Of a DNA stretch of 64,000 nucleotides, positions 47,142 to 56,211 are shown in pieces (positions within the stretch are counted from its first letter, which is position 1; each line of letters opens with the position of its first letter). Position numbers and translations under genes: made by a program. Below the pieces are notes generated by a model. The model ran no database searches and had not been told where the DNA came from. It saw nothing but the letters and a program-made list of their open reading frames with translations. This DNA comes from Candidatus Moraniibacteriota bacterium. GTDB taxonomy: Bacteria > Patescibacteriota > Minisyncoccia > Moranbacterales > UBA1568. The stretch lies in contig CAVURJ010000002.1 of assembly GCA_963743885.1 (NCBI GenBank), positions 433,706-497,705 of the forward strand, in the 5' to 3' direction.

Positions 47142-48038
47142 CTAATCTTTCGCTTGTCCAACAGGAACTTCTGGAACCGAATCCGCCGCTACGGATACTG
47201 TTTCATCGGTTTGGCGGATATTGATCAGCGCAAGACAAAAGAGAATCGCCGTAGAAACGAACGGGATACCCAAACATATAGGTAACGCATCATATACTAC
47301 CGGAACTGTGATAAGATACAGGCCAGCCTTATAGGCCGTGCCATAGCTCCAATTAGTCTTGCATAATCGCGACACAGCCCAGATGACAAGCGCTCCGAGG
47401 AGGAGGTAGACGAGATACGACACGAGGAGTCCGCCGAAGACTATAATCGGGACGAGGAAAAGGAGTGCGACGCTAAATCCCTTAATCAGCTTCTCAACCT
47501 TGGCCACAAACTTCGCATACTCGTCCTTCACGAGCGTGAACTGCCCGTCCTCGAGGAATTGGCCGATCTCCTGGATCTGCACCTTGCCCTTCTCTTCTTC
47601 GATGGCGCCGATCGTATCCTCACCGAGGATGATAAGCGTATCGTACTCATCGAAATCAGACACTTCGATCGGCTTCTCGGTGTTGATGACAATCAGATTA
47701 GCTGGCAGGGGTTCATCACCTTCGTCCTCGGCAGCACCGCGCGGCATCGGGATGGCGAACGGGCTTTCGGCATTCATCGAAAGCTTGCCGCCCTCCACCT
47801 TGAGCTCGAGCCAGTCGGGATAGAGATCGAGCACCTGCTGTCTGATCGAGTTGACTTCTTCAGACGAATGGAAGACGAAGGAATAGATGCCGCTAATAGC
47901 TGGAAAAGAGACGGCGAGCGAAGCGACGAAGACGACCAGCGCGAAATAACCGAGTGCCAAAGAAGACTTCCGTTCCTTCATGGAACGATAGAACGCCGGA
48001 TCGTACACGCTCGCCTTGAACGATTGCCAGAGCCACAT
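47142..48038 (-). CDS. Multi-TM membrane protein (DUF1189-like), ~298 aa
   Basis: MWLWQSFKASVYDPAFY N-terminus with several TM helices. Start uncertain (the annotated ORF start overlaps engB). Confidence 0.4.
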   Translation of the reverse strand: MWLWQSFKASVYDPAFYRSMKERKSSLALGYFALVVFVASLAVSFPAISGIYSFVFHSSEEVNSIRQQVLDLYPDWLELKVEGGKLSMNAESPFAIPMPRGAAEDEGDEPLPANLIVINTEKPIEVSDFDEYDTLIILGEDTIGAIEEEKGKVQIQEIGQFLEDGQFTLVKDEYAKFVAKVEKLIKGFSVALLFLVPIIVFGGLLVSYLVYLLLGALVIWAVSRLCKTNWSYGTAYKAGLYLITVPVVYDALPICLGIPFVSTAILFCLALINIRQTDETVSVAADSVPEVPVGQAKD

Positions 48039-48099
48039 AAGCAAAAAACTAAGGATATTACTCCTTCTAGTATAGCACTTATTCTGCCTGTGCGGCGTC

Positions 48100-48672
48100 T
48101 CACTCGCCGAAGAGCGTCTCATGCAGCCGGTCGCGGCCAGAGCCGGTCTTGGCCGAGAAACGGATGACCGGTGATGGAGCGAACTCCTCTTCTAGCTTGG
48201 CAATGTTCTTGGCAGTATCGGATTGCCTCCCCTTGTCAGCTTTGTTAGCAAGTATGAGCACGTTCCGGCCATACTCACGGAGGAGCGCATAGGTCTCGCG
48301 ATCGGAATCCTTGGCACCGACCTCGGCATCGACGACAAGCACCGCCCACTTGAGGTCAATCGCCATATTGGCCGCATACCACGAGAGGTAGCCCGCAATC
48401 TTCTTCCGGAGCTTCTCAGGCAGCTTGGCATACCCGTAGCCAGGCAGATCAGCGATATACCAACTGTCATTGATGAGGAAATAGTTGATCTCGGTCGTGC
48501 GGCCAGGACGCGAATTGGAATGTGCCAAATCACGTTGCCCCACAAGCGTATTGATAATGCTCGATTTTCCAGCATTGGAACGGCCGAAAAAAGCGACCGT
48601 CGGACGCGACGGCTGCGGCATCCCCTCGGAGCCGATGACACCTTTTATGAATTGTGCAGAAGTGATTTTCAT
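48100..48672 (-). CDS. engB: Ribosome biogenesis GTP-binding protein EngB/YihA, 190 aa
   Basis: G1 GRSNAGKSS, G3 DLPGYGY, G4 NKADK; typical EngB length. Confidence 0.85.
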   Translation of the reverse strand: MKITSAQFIKGVIGSEGMPQPSRPTVAFFGRSNAGKSSIINTLVGQRDLAHSNSRPGRTTEINYFLINDSWYIADLPGYGYAKLPEKLRKKIAGYLSWYAANMAIDLKWAVLVVDAEVGAKDSDRETYALLREYGRNVLILANKADKGRQSDTAKNIAKLEEEFAPSPVIRFSAKTGSGRDRLHETLFGE

Positions 48673-49179
48673 GTAGGACAGTATATGGTATCTGGTATCT
48701 AGTATTTAGTATACCGTATCTCGTATAAAGAGAAAGAAAAAAGGCGTCGCGATAACTTCATCGTCGACGCCTACACGCTCCACTTTACCGTCAAGAAACT
48801 ACGTCCGATAGGCGGTTTGGGCGATGCCACATCCGTCTCCCGGCTTGACCCGAAGCTTCGGTACTCTGCGTCAGGATCTTCTCAACAGAGATTCTCGATT
48901 CGGCGTTCACCTGCCGGCTCACCTTAGCTTTCGGTCTGGGTCGAGTAGCATAACGCTACGAACTCTGCCCTTTCAGCGCACAAGAGAGTTCCCTCGTGCC
49001 ACTCCAGGAATCATGTACGATCCCCTCTACTTTTCAAGCTTCAGCGCGTGCGGGAAGAGTCTACCAGCCAAAGGCCGCCATGTCAATGACTCATTGACCC
49101 TTGTTACAAACAGGCAACATCTTTCGGCTCTAATGAAGCAAATACATGTGATGCAAAGGTATTGAAACATTACGAAACA

Positions 49180-49208
49180 TTGACTTTTTTATATTTTAGG
49201 TGTATAAT
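49180..49208 (+). promoter_or_regulatory. Consensus sigma70 promoter TTGACT-17-TATAAT
   Basis: TTGACT at 49180-49185, a 17-nt spacer, TATAAT at 49203-49208; GAAAGGAAG RBS precedes the ATG at 49250. Confidence 0.55.
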
Positions 49209-49249
49209 ATGCATGAGTACATTTCACAACCAGCCAGAAAGGAAGCGCC

Positions 49250-49465
49250 ATGGGCAACGAAACTTCTGATTCTTTCATACCGCCACGCATCCTAGCAAGA
49301 CGCGAAGGAGATGCGAAAAAAGGGTCCGTGTTAATCGATGCTAACGGCGTACGGGCGGAAATCGCATCGCCATCCGGACCGGATGGTATACAGATCGTCT
49401 CTCTGAACGCCGCCGCCCCATTCCTTCTTTCTGAGGCCATACCAAAAACGAAACGGCTGGTCTAA
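49250..49465 (+). CDS. Hypothetical small protein, 71 aa
   Basis: Strong promoter and RBS upstream. No known motif. Confidence 0.4.
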   Translation: MGNETSDSFIPPRILARREGDAKKGSVLIDANGVRAEIASPSGPDGIQIVSLNAAAPFLLSEAIPKTKRLV

Positions 49466-49678
49466 TCCCCACCCTATACAAAAAGGAGTCGCAACGCGCC
49501 TCCTTTTCTCTTTCTCTTGTTTGTTACCAAACGAATGAGAGAAAGATCATGTCAGGTATAGGACTCGCCCCGCGGCACATACCCGTTATTACCGGCTTGT
49601 TTGACTTTTCTCCTTCTCGGATATACTCTGTCATGAAGTTCTTTTCCAATCAAACCAAGCGAAAAGGAGAAATTCCTT

Positions 49679-49948
49679 ATGCAATCGCTCAAGGTACATC
49701 TGCCGCGCGCAGTCCGATATTTCAAGCGTTACGGATACACACTTTCGAAAACGGATGATTATCTCAGTGCCGGAAGCGAAGTGCGTCTCGGCAAGCCAGT
49801 TCCACTCTTTTATGATCATTGTAATCAGCAGGCCGCCCCTTTCATAAAGGATGGGCTAGAATTCTATGTCCTCGTAGAAGAGGTCTATGTAGACGGCCTT
49901 TTCGAAAAACTGGACCGGTTGCCGAAATTCGAACTCGTCAAAGGATAG
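49679..49948 (+). CDS. Hypothetical small protein, 89 aa
   Basis: AAAGGAG RBS 9 nt upstream of the ATG. Confidence 0.4.
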   Translation: MQSLKVHLPRAVRYFKRYGYTLSKTDDYLSAGSEVRLGKPVPLFYDHCNQQAAPFIKDGLEFYVLVEEVYVDGLFEKLDRLPKFELVKG

Positions 49949-49956
49949 AAAAAGAG

Positions 49957-50067
49957 ATGAGGATCACGAATTATCAGATCTGCTTCGAAGTCTATCATGG
50001 CACTGGCGGATGCTCATTCGCAGTAGTCGACAAAACACTCGCCAAGTGCCAGAAAGCCCTCCTCTGA
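49957..50067 (+). CDS. Possible 36-aa Cys-containing peptide (MRITNYQICFEVYHGTGGCSFAVVDKTLAKCQKALL)
   Basis: Short ORF with an AAAGAG RBS-like sequence, followed by the terminator at 50083-50115 (GGAACTC-TCCG-GAGTTCC + T-run). Confidence 0.2.
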   Translation: MRITNYQICFEVYHGTGGCSFAVVDKTLAKCQKALL

Positions 50068-50134
50068 GCAACCGCTCGAAACTAAAAGGAACTCTCCGGA
50101 GTTCCTTTTTTCTTTTTTCAGTAAAATCTGGTGT

Positions 50135-50178
50135 TTTGGAAATGTAACATAATCTGACGGCCGTCGGATTATGTTACT
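50135..50178. repeat. R1 promoter/operator-like repeat, copy a (34-bp near-perfect palindrome GTAACATAATCTGACGGCCGTCGGATTATGTTAC)
   Basis: Contains the TGACGGCCGTC core shared with the other R1 copies. Overlaps the 3' end of the PaaX-like gene. Confidence 0.6.
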
Positions 50179-50773
50179 TTTTAGTTTTGTGGAGTTTCTG
50201 TGTTTTTGTAGATTTTTTGGAGCTAAAGAAATGTTTTTTAAGCTTCTGCTCATTATCAATCCAATCGACCGACATGATACGCACGAAAGAATCCGCTCGA
50301 TAGAGCGACACGAGCTCTGCGAGCTGCTTCTCGCACGGATGCGGCGAGACGAAGACGCTTTGCTGGATCCTATAGAATTTCAACTCCCAAAGGTGCTCAC
50401 GAAGAATAGTACGGAACTCGCGACTTTTCTCTGGGATATCAAACATCACGACGCGCCATTTACCATCCCATTGCCGCTTGTTCTTGAACTTGATTGAGTT
50501 ACCAAAGAGGAACTGGATACGCGCCTGGCGCTTTCCTTCCTCCGTCAAAACGAGCTTGAATGACCCATCCGGCTGCACGACCTCCCTCACGAGCTTTTCA
50601 TTACAAAGCCGCCTCACGGATCGTTTGATGCTCCGCTTATCGACCTCCTTCCACTCCCGTATCAATATCCCGAGCTTCCGATAGTACCGGATGGATGAAG
50701 TCTCCATACCGAGAGCAATTCCTCCCACAAGGAGGATGAGCAATTTCTGCTGCACTGGTCCAACCCTGAACAT
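50174..50773 (-). CDS. PaaX-family transcriptional regulator (N-terminal wHTH + PaaX_C domain), 199 aa
   Basis: N-terminus ..LLILLVGGIALGMETSSIRYYRKLGI..SIKRSVRRLCNEKLVREVVQPDGSFKLVLTEEGK.. and C-terminus WDGKWRVVMFDIPEKSREFRTILREHLWELKFYRIQQSVFVSPHP match the PaaX N and C patterns. Confidence 0.6.
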   Translation of the reverse strand: MFRVGPVQQKLLILLVGGIALGMETSSIRYYRKLGILIREWKEVDKRSIKRSVRRLCNEKLVREVVQPDGSFKLVLTEEGKRQARIQFLFGNSIKFKNKRQWDGKWRVVMFDIPEKSREFRTILREHLWELKFYRIQQSVFVSPHPCEKQLAELVSLYRADSFVRIMSVDWIDNEQKLKKHFFSSKKSTKTQKLHKTKK

Positions 50774-50794
50774 ATGATTTTACTTTACGTTTTT

Positions 50795-50925
50795 TTTCAT
50801 TTTCCCACCTTTTCAAATTGTAACACGAAATGACGGCCGTCATTTCAGGTAACAATTCAAAAACAGATACTAAATCATGAAAAGGTGACGCGAGCCGACG
50901 GCCGTCATTTGGGGTAACAATTGGT
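50795..50925. repeat. R1 copies b and c (ATGACGGCCGTCAT palindrome boxes; TTGTTA..TTACAAT promoter-like on the minus strand)
   Basis: b: TTGTAACACGAAATGACGGCCGTCATTTCAGGTAACAA. c: GGTGACGCGAGCCGACGGCCGTCATTTGGGGTAACAATT. Confidence 0.6.
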
Positions 50926-50987
50926 TTGGGGAAGATTTGGGGAGGTTTTGGGGAGATAGGAGGGAATCGGATGCCACGATTGGGTTG

Positions 50988-51112
50988 GGTACGTAATCAA
51001 TTACGTAATTATCTTTCTTTCCTCTCTAAAAAAGTGTTTACCACCGTCGTCCATGGACGACGTGGCTTGCCTGCCCGCCCCTGGAGAGACCACTTTTCTT
51101 CTCCTAAAGATT
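50988..51112. repeat. R2 repeat copy 1 (TACGTAATcAATTACGTAA box + CCACCGTCGTCCATGGACGACGTGG terminator palindrome)
   Basis: Near-identical to 54768-54895. On the minus strand the palindrome is followed by T6, so it terminates gene 51104-52600. Confidence 0.65.
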
Positions 51113-52600
51113 TCTTTCCAGTCGCTGGCTAATAATTTTCCCTATCTCCTTAAAAAGTTTTTTTCTCTTCTCTTGCGTATCTTCGTCTCTTTCATTTGAA
51201 AGATTTTCATAATAATGATCAACAACATTATCAGAAACTATATGAAGATAAGAAAATCTTTTCTTTGTCTCATTACAAGCCTTCGCCATGTGGCCAATTT
51301 CTGGATCAATAAAAACTCCATGCTTTTGAAAAAACTCAACAGCATCTTTTGTCTCATCAATTACTGATCCACACGTAACATGGCTTCCAAACAAAACATC
51401 CTGACGATCAGAAATTTCATTTTCAAAAATATTGCTCCACGTAATAGAATCTCCATGTACATAGCTCTCTGAACCACTCGCTATCCATTCGTTCGGAACA
51501 ATACCAGATTTAAGACTCCCAAGCTTTCCTATATATACAAATGTTGTGAATAAATGAAACCGAGCTAAAAATTTTATCATAAAATAAGCAGCGTCTCCCC
51601 AGATACTAAATTGACACCCAAGCAAAAGCACTCTGCAAGCACCAATATTTCCAATTTTCCATCTAAAATCTCCATCTCCATCAAACTCCACACCTTCAAA
51701 CAACCCAATACGATCAATATTCCCAAAAAGAATAACATCTGCCGTCGGAATACTCTCCAAGTTGGTATCTTTAAACGCCTGAAAAATCCTCTCATCATCA
51801 GCATGGATATAGGACACTTCTTTCTTCTTGTTCAGATTGCAAAAATAAGTAGCAACAAGATTGGCATAATGACGTATATAATCATATCCAGGGAAACAAC
51901 AGAGATAAAGCGTATCTCCATCTAAGAAAACCGTTGGCCTTTCAAAATTAAATAACTTATCATTCTTCTCATCGGTCGAGACATGCGCACTCCGATCATG
52001 ACTACCTATAACGCGCACTTTCGAAAATTCATCCTGTTTCGACCGAATAAGATGATGCATCTTCATTTCTATATACCGATGAAGAGCATCCCCCATAGAA
52101 TGTTCACTTGATAGACAGGTTGAAACATCGAAATGTTCCTTATTCGACGAAATATTCTTAACGAATTGCAAAACAGTATAGTCTCGTAACTCCGGCACTT
52201 CCTTCAACGAAACAAATTGAACCACTTCATGCTTTCCTTCTTCCATGTTGCGCGCTTCACTTTCATCGGCCACCTCGGCTACATAATACAATCCGAGCCA
52301 GTGCGTATTCTGAATAATCATTTTCTTCGTCGTCAAAAGCTCTAGGCTCGTAATGCGAAGATTGGTTTCTTCTAGAATTTCACGAATAAGTGAAGACTCA
52401 ATATCTTCTCCAAATTCAACTGTTCCGCCAGGCAAAAGCCATGCTCCCGCGCCAATCCTTTGATCTGATTTCTTTTTCAAAAGTAACACGCGTTCCTTGG
52501 TCTTATCAAAAACGATAGCCCGCGCATAAAAACGAAATATCGGCTGATTTTGATCACTGCTCATACGCTCAAATAGAAAACTTACACTACCAGTATACAC
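51104..52600 (-). CDS. Nudix hydrolase fused to a nucleoside phosphorylase/AMP-nucleosidase-like (PNP_UDP_1) domain, 498 aa
   Basis: N-terminal Nudix box GGTVEFGEDIESSLIREILEETNL. C-terminal ..VILFGNIDRIGL..ACRVLLLGCQFSIWGDAAYF..GSVIDETKDAVEFFQKHGVFIDPEIGHMAKAC..YLHIVSDNV resembles the PNP/MTA/AMP nucleosidase family. Confidence 0.55.
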   Translation of the reverse strand: MYTGSVSFLFERMSSDQNQPIFRFYARAIVFDKTKERVLLLKKKSDQRIGAGAWLLPGGTVEFGEDIESSLIREILEETNLRITSLELLTTKKMIIQNTHWLGLYYVAEVADESEARNMEEGKHEVVQFVSLKEVPELRDYTVLQFVKNISSNKEHFDVSTCLSSEHSMGDALHRYIEMKMHHLIRSKQDEFSKVRVIGSHDRSAHVSTDEKNDKLFNFERPTVFLDGDTLYLCCFPGYDYIRHYANLVATYFCNLNKKKEVSYIHADDERIFQAFKDTNLESIPTADVILFGNIDRIGLFEGVEFDGDGDFRWKIGNIGACRVLLLGCQFSIWGDAAYFMIKFLARFHLFTTFVYIGKLGSLKSGIVPNEWIASGSESYVHGDSITWSNIFENEISDRQDVLFGSHVTCGSVIDETKDAVEFFQKHGVFIDPEIGHMAKACNETKKRFSYLHIVSDNVVDHYYENLSNERDEDTQEKRKKLFKEIGKIISQRLERNL

Positions 52601-52647
52601 CCATCCAAAAACCTAGTCAGTTCTCAAATTTGACACAAAATCTAGTG

Positions 52648-52815
52648 TTTTGGAAAGGTGACGCGAGCCGACCCTCCGGAGGCGGGTAAACGGCCACCCG
52701 CCTAGACTCGGCGAGGCTGGTCATTTGGGGTTACTTTTTGGAAATGAGAAGATTGAGAGGAAAACGGCTGGGTTGGGTACGTAATCAATTACGTAATTAT
52801 CTTTCTTTCCTCTCA
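52648..52815. repeat. R1 copy d (interrupted by a 47-nt hairpin insertion) plus partial R2 copy 2
   Basis: TTTTGGAAAGGTGACGCGAGCCGAC[cctccggaggcgggtaaacggccacccgcctagactcggcgaggctg]GTCATTTGGGGTTAC, then GGGTACGTAATCAATTACGTAATTATCTTTCTTTCCTCTC. Confidence 0.55.
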
Positions 52816-52872
52816 AGAAAAAAGGATGGCCTTTACGGTCATCCTTTGCAAGTCATTGCCTGATCTTTGCGT

Positions 52873-53334
52873 TCAAGCCGAAACCAAAACCTCCCAGCCA
52901 CGCTCCCGAAGCTCGCCGCGAAGCTTCATCCACAGCTTGCCGAGATGGTTCAGCCCCTGCCAGTCCGGACCGCGCCCCCAGAACGAATCCTTGGGCGAAT
53001 CCTCGACAAGCTCGGCGTTACCAGTCTCGAGTAGCTTCTCGCGGACATACGCATGCTGTTCAATCTTCATCCGGAGAAACTTCTCCATGATATCAAGCTT
53101 GATATCGTTCCAATCAGCACGAACCTTGTCCTGATACTTCCGGCCGATCTTTTTGGAATCATGCGCCGACATCGCCGTCCGGATCTCTTCGACAATAGCC
53201 GGATCGGTAAACTTCGCCGCCTGATATGCATGCTCGACGGTCATCCAAATGACACCATCTTGCAAAATCGCAAACGACGAGAAATTGGAAAGGAAATACC
53301 GCTTACCTTCGTAAAACAGAACTTTCTCTTGCAT
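52873..53334 (-). CDS. NADAR (YbiA/DUF1768) domain protein, ~153 aa
   Basis: MQEKVLFYEGKRYFLSNFSSFAI...TVEHAYQAAKF...KKIGRKYQ...LLETGNAELVEDSPKDSFWGRGPDWQGLNHLGKLWMKLR: the full NADAR signature. Start trimmed to the internal Met. Confidence 0.8.
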   Translation of the reverse strand: MQEKVLFYEGKRYFLSNFSSFAILQDGVIWMTVEHAYQAAKFTDPAIVEEIRTAMSAHDSKKIGRKYQDKVRADWNDIKLDIMEKFLRMKIEQHAYVREKLLETGNAELVEDSPKDSFWGRGPDWQGLNHLGKLWMKLRGELRERGWEVLVSA

Positions 53335-53419
53335 GTCCCACCTCCTGCCAGAAAAAAGAAACGTAAAAGAACTTCCGTAGAGTATCGCAAGAAATAGCCA
53401 AGAAGTCAATTTCGAATGA

Positions 53420-53560
53420 TTTTGGAAAGGTGACGCGAGCCGACGGCCGTCATTTGGGGTAACAATTCTGATTTGTGAGGTTTTGGGATGAGGACAAATT
53501 AGGTACGTAATCAATTACGTAATTATCTTTCTTTCCTCTCTAAAAAAGGTGTTTAGTTAA
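53420..53560. repeat. R1 copy e plus partial R2 copy 3
   Basis: TTTTGGAAAGGTGACGCGAGCCGACGGCCGTCATTTGGGGTAACAATT ... AGGTACGTAATCAATTACGTAATTATCTTTCTTTCCTCTCTAAAAAAGGTGTTTAG. Confidence 0.6.
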
Positions 53561-53638
53561 TTTTCTTCTTAAGTAAAGAAAAGGAGGTCCGTCAGATCCT
53601 GACAAACCCCCTATTTAGCGCTTAATCGAAGCGAGGCG

Positions 53639-54061
53639 CTATCCGCTAACTGGGCATTCAACTCCGAGCGGAACCTCGATACCATTGAGCTCCATAGTCT
53701 GGCGCCGTACTTCAAAAAAGGCATACCAGTTGGAAATCTCGTTGAGATCGATAGCACTCGGAATCTGGAGCAGCCGATTCAGGTATGCGAAGGCTTTCGG
53801 TGAAGAAAGCGCCCACTCCCTTGCCATGGTAGTGACATCAGCATTGCCAGAAAACTCCACCAGGCACTTGGCCATCGATGCATCGACGGCGTAGAGCAAG
53901 GACAAGACTTCTTGGACTGCCTCGGTGGGCGTTGTCCACATCTGGCCGGCATCCAATGCTATCAATATCCCGAGTGGTGATTCCATCCGTTTTCTGATGC
54001 TGGCGAACAACAGCGCATCAGATGCATCACCTGGCATGAACACAAACTTGCAATCTGACAT
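53639..54061 (-). CDS. Hypothetical protein, 140 aa
   Basis: KFVFMPGDAS...ILIALDAGQMW.. looks Rossmann-like. Family unknown. Confidence 0.3.
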   Translation of the reverse strand: MSDCKFVFMPGDASDALLFASIRKRMESPLGILIALDAGQMWTTPTEAVQEVLSLLYAVDASMAKCLVEFSGNADVTTMAREWALSSPKAFAYLNRLLQIPSAIDLNEISNWYAFFEVRRQTMELNGIEVPLGVECPVSG

Positions 54062-54072
54062 GGTAGACCTCC

Positions 54073-54474
54073 TCAGACGACTGTGGTAGCGGTACCGGAA
54101 AGATACTTCCGGATCTCGTCGACATAGCGTACAGGCACGATGACAGAGCCCTTTCTCGTACTAGTGTTGTAGTTCGAAAAGATAAACTCCGATTCGGGCC
54201 TCCGATGACTTCTCGTGTAGAGTAATACGAGGTCCTTCCGGAACATCCCCTTCATCGTCACGTTGTACGGTGGCGATACCATCTCGTAAGCCGTGATAAC
54301 GAGTGAGACGTCGATACTCGGTCCGCCTTCCCTCCCGAACCAAAAAACAACTGGGGGCGGTTCGCATTCAAGCACTGTGAGGCATCCGAGCGAAAGCAGG
54401 CAGCGCTGTGCGTTCGATCCCTCGAATACGCCAAGTGTGTGTGTTTGCGACGAATCGCTGTTTGGATGGGTCAT
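54073..54474 (-). CDS. Hypothetical protein, 133 aa
   Basis: Co-operonic with 53639-54061. A degenerate R1-like sequence lies upstream (54590-54650). Confidence 0.3.
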   Translation of the reverse strand: MTHPNSDSSQTHTLGVFEGSNAQRCLLSLGCLTVLECEPPPVVFWFGREGGPSIDVSLVITAYEMVSPPYNVTMKGMFRKDLVLLYTRSHRRPESEFIFSNYNTSTRKGSVIVPVRYVDEIRKYLSGTATTVV

Positions 54475-54767
54475 CCGACTTCTCCTTGTAAAAAGAACTG
54501 CCCTATCATGACGTAGAGCATCGCCGTTACTGCCTTACGACAGCCACCTCCGCATCCGCAGAGGAATTCAGGGTATAGTAGCCTACACGCAAAAACATGT
54601 CAATTCCGCATGAAATCAGGGGTTTTGAAAATGTATCATAATTCCACCTTCCGGAGACAGGCGAGTGATCTGGAATATGTCTTACTATTTTCGCGATTGC
54701 GTAAATTGTAAGACTTTTTGTTTAAGAGAAAAAAGGGAGGAAAAGATGTGGCAGAAAAAGAATGAAT

Positions 54768-54895
54768 ACGTAATCAATTACGTAATTATCTTTCTTTCCT
54801 CTCTAAAAAAGGTGTTTACCACCGTCGTCCATGGACGACGTGGCTTGCCTGCCCGTCTCTGGAGGGACCACTTTTCTTCTTCTTAGAAAACAGTT
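54768..54895. repeat. R2 repeat copy 4 (full, with the CGTCGTCCATGGACGACG palindrome)
   Basis: TACGTAATCAATTACGTAATTATCTTTCTTTCCTCTCTAAAAAAGGTGTTTACCACCGTCGTCCATGGACGACGTGGCTTGCCTGCCCG... Confidence 0.65.
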
Positions 54896-54901
54896 CTTAT
54901 A

Positions 54902-55792
54902 TTAAAACAGGTCGTCAAGAAAAACCTTTATAGCAAGTGCTGGACCAGTAATATCAGTAATATCAAATTTTATTGTAAAAGAATGCTGGGAACTATCTAT
55001 AAGAATTTTATAACTAACAATATCTTTATAAAAACGGCCCGCACTCAAAAATCTCTCTACTTTGCCCAATAACTCTTTTGTATTAAAAAATTCACCATCC
55101 TTTTTAATTTCTTCCTCAAGATTTTCCGCTTGAAATTTTCTAACAACGGCCAATGGTAGTATCCGTCTTAAAAGAAGAATGCATGCATTTGATTTAGCAT
55201 GTTCGTAATTAAAATTAAATTCTTCACATAATGCCGCAATATCTTTCGGAACCGCCTTTAAAAGAGTGGCGGAGAAAATTGTTACCGTAGCAACTTTTTT
55301 GTCTGTAGGCTCATCCACATTTTCTGAAGATTCTAATTCACCAGGAAAAATTAATGGGCCATTATCCATATAATTATTCAAAAGAAAACCTTTATTTTGA
55401 AATAGGGCTTCCAATGGACCTATAAGACTACGAAGCTTATAGATTCTCTCATTATTTTGTTGGGTCTTGTAATCTTTCTTCTCTAGTTTTCCAAGCTCAT
55501 CTCGCCAAGAAATCAACATGCGATGTGTAAGCATTGATAAACTCTCAATCATCTTTTCTGGTATCTCAATTTCTACAGCATGAGGTTCCCCGTCACACAT
55601 CTTGTTAGGGTCTTCATAATTCAAGTTAAAACTATCAATTTTATTTCCAATATCAACGTATGCTTCCAGCAAATCATCGATCTGCTCACGAACATCATCA
55701 TTGACAGATATGTGTCTTAAATCCTGTATATCCTTAAGAAAACGATAAATCGCAATCCTAAAATATTTCAAAGTTGTAGAATAAATCCTCAT
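54902..55792 (-). CDS. Hypothetical protein in the AT-rich block, 296 aa
   Basis: Low-GC ORF. No known motif. Confidence 0.35.
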   Translation of the reverse strand: MRIYSTTLKYFRIAIYRFLKDIQDLRHISVNDDVREQIDDLLEAYVDIGNKIDSFNLNYEDPNKMCDGEPHAVEIEIPEKMIESLSMLTHRMLISWRDELGKLEKKDYKTQQNNERIYKLRSLIGPLEALFQNKGFLLNNYMDNGPLIFPGELESSENVDEPTDKKVATVTIFSATLLKAVPKDIAALCEEFNFNYEHAKSNACILLLRRILPLAVVRKFQAENLEEEIKKDGEFFNTKELLGKVERFLSAGRFYKDIVSYKILIDSSQHSFTIKFDITDITGPALAIKVFLDDLF

Positions 55793-55797
55793 ACAAA

Positions 55798-56211
55798 TTA
55801 TCTATTCCTACATTGCTCTTGATACGCTGGATTTGATTTTACAAAATTCAATGCTTTTTCCAAATACGAGGCGCCTTGAAATTTAGGAATCACAGTATAG
55901 GTAAGCATTGCCTGATAAGCCCCCGAAGAGTTATTGGCTCGAACTCTGGAAACCAAAGAATTAAACTCCTCCTTATTTAAGGTTCCAATAAAAGCATTCT
56001 GGGTACTAAAAGCACTCGCTTCATCAGCATAGCATTGAGGAAACGTTTCGTATGATTTTCCTATCTCTTGTGAATCGCTACCCATATTTACGAAAACAGA
56101 TCCGTCAATATGATTCAAAACATGTTTTATTTCGTGAGCTAACAATATCGCAGTGAGCAAATCATCTTTGGCACTATATTTCGGAGAAACAAGAATATCA
56201 TACTCATCCAA
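55798..56211 (-). CDS. HExxH zinc-metallopeptidase-like domain protein (possibly the C-terminal part of a frameshifted larger gene), 137 aa
   Basis: AILLAHEIKHVLNH (HExxH). The annotated start is a TTG; the frame stays open 5' until a TGA only ~25 codons upstream, overlapping the 3' end of 56139-56888. Confidence 0.35.
   Translation of the reverse strand: MDEYDILVSPKYSAKDDLLTAILLAHEIKHVLNHIDGSVFVNMGSDSQEIGKSYETFPQCYADEASAFSTQNAFIGTLNKEEFNSLVSRVRANNSSGAYQAMLTYTVIPKFQGASYLEKALNFVKSNPAYQEQCRNR

Noticed and set aside
48780-49180. Assigning the non-coding block to RNase P RNA, tmRNA or SRP RNA
   Set aside because: I could not locate the GGAAAGUCCGG / ACAGAACCCGGCUUA (RNase P), GGUUCGAnUCC tRNA-like 3' end with a tag ORF (tmRNA), or GUCCGGAAGGAAGCAGC (SRP) motifs on either strand. 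It is left as unclassified.
50014-50259. ORF 50014-50259(-), 81 aa
   Set aside because: It spans a bidirectional terminator hairpin and the R1-a palindrome and overlaps the PaaX-like gene's 3' end. No RBS.
50788-54895. Integron gene-cassette array (R1/R2 as attC sites)
   Set aside because: There is no intI anywhere in the window. Cores do not fit GTTRRRY / RYYYAAC. The cassettes carry their own promoter-like (R1) and terminator (R2) elements, unlike promoterless integron cassettes.
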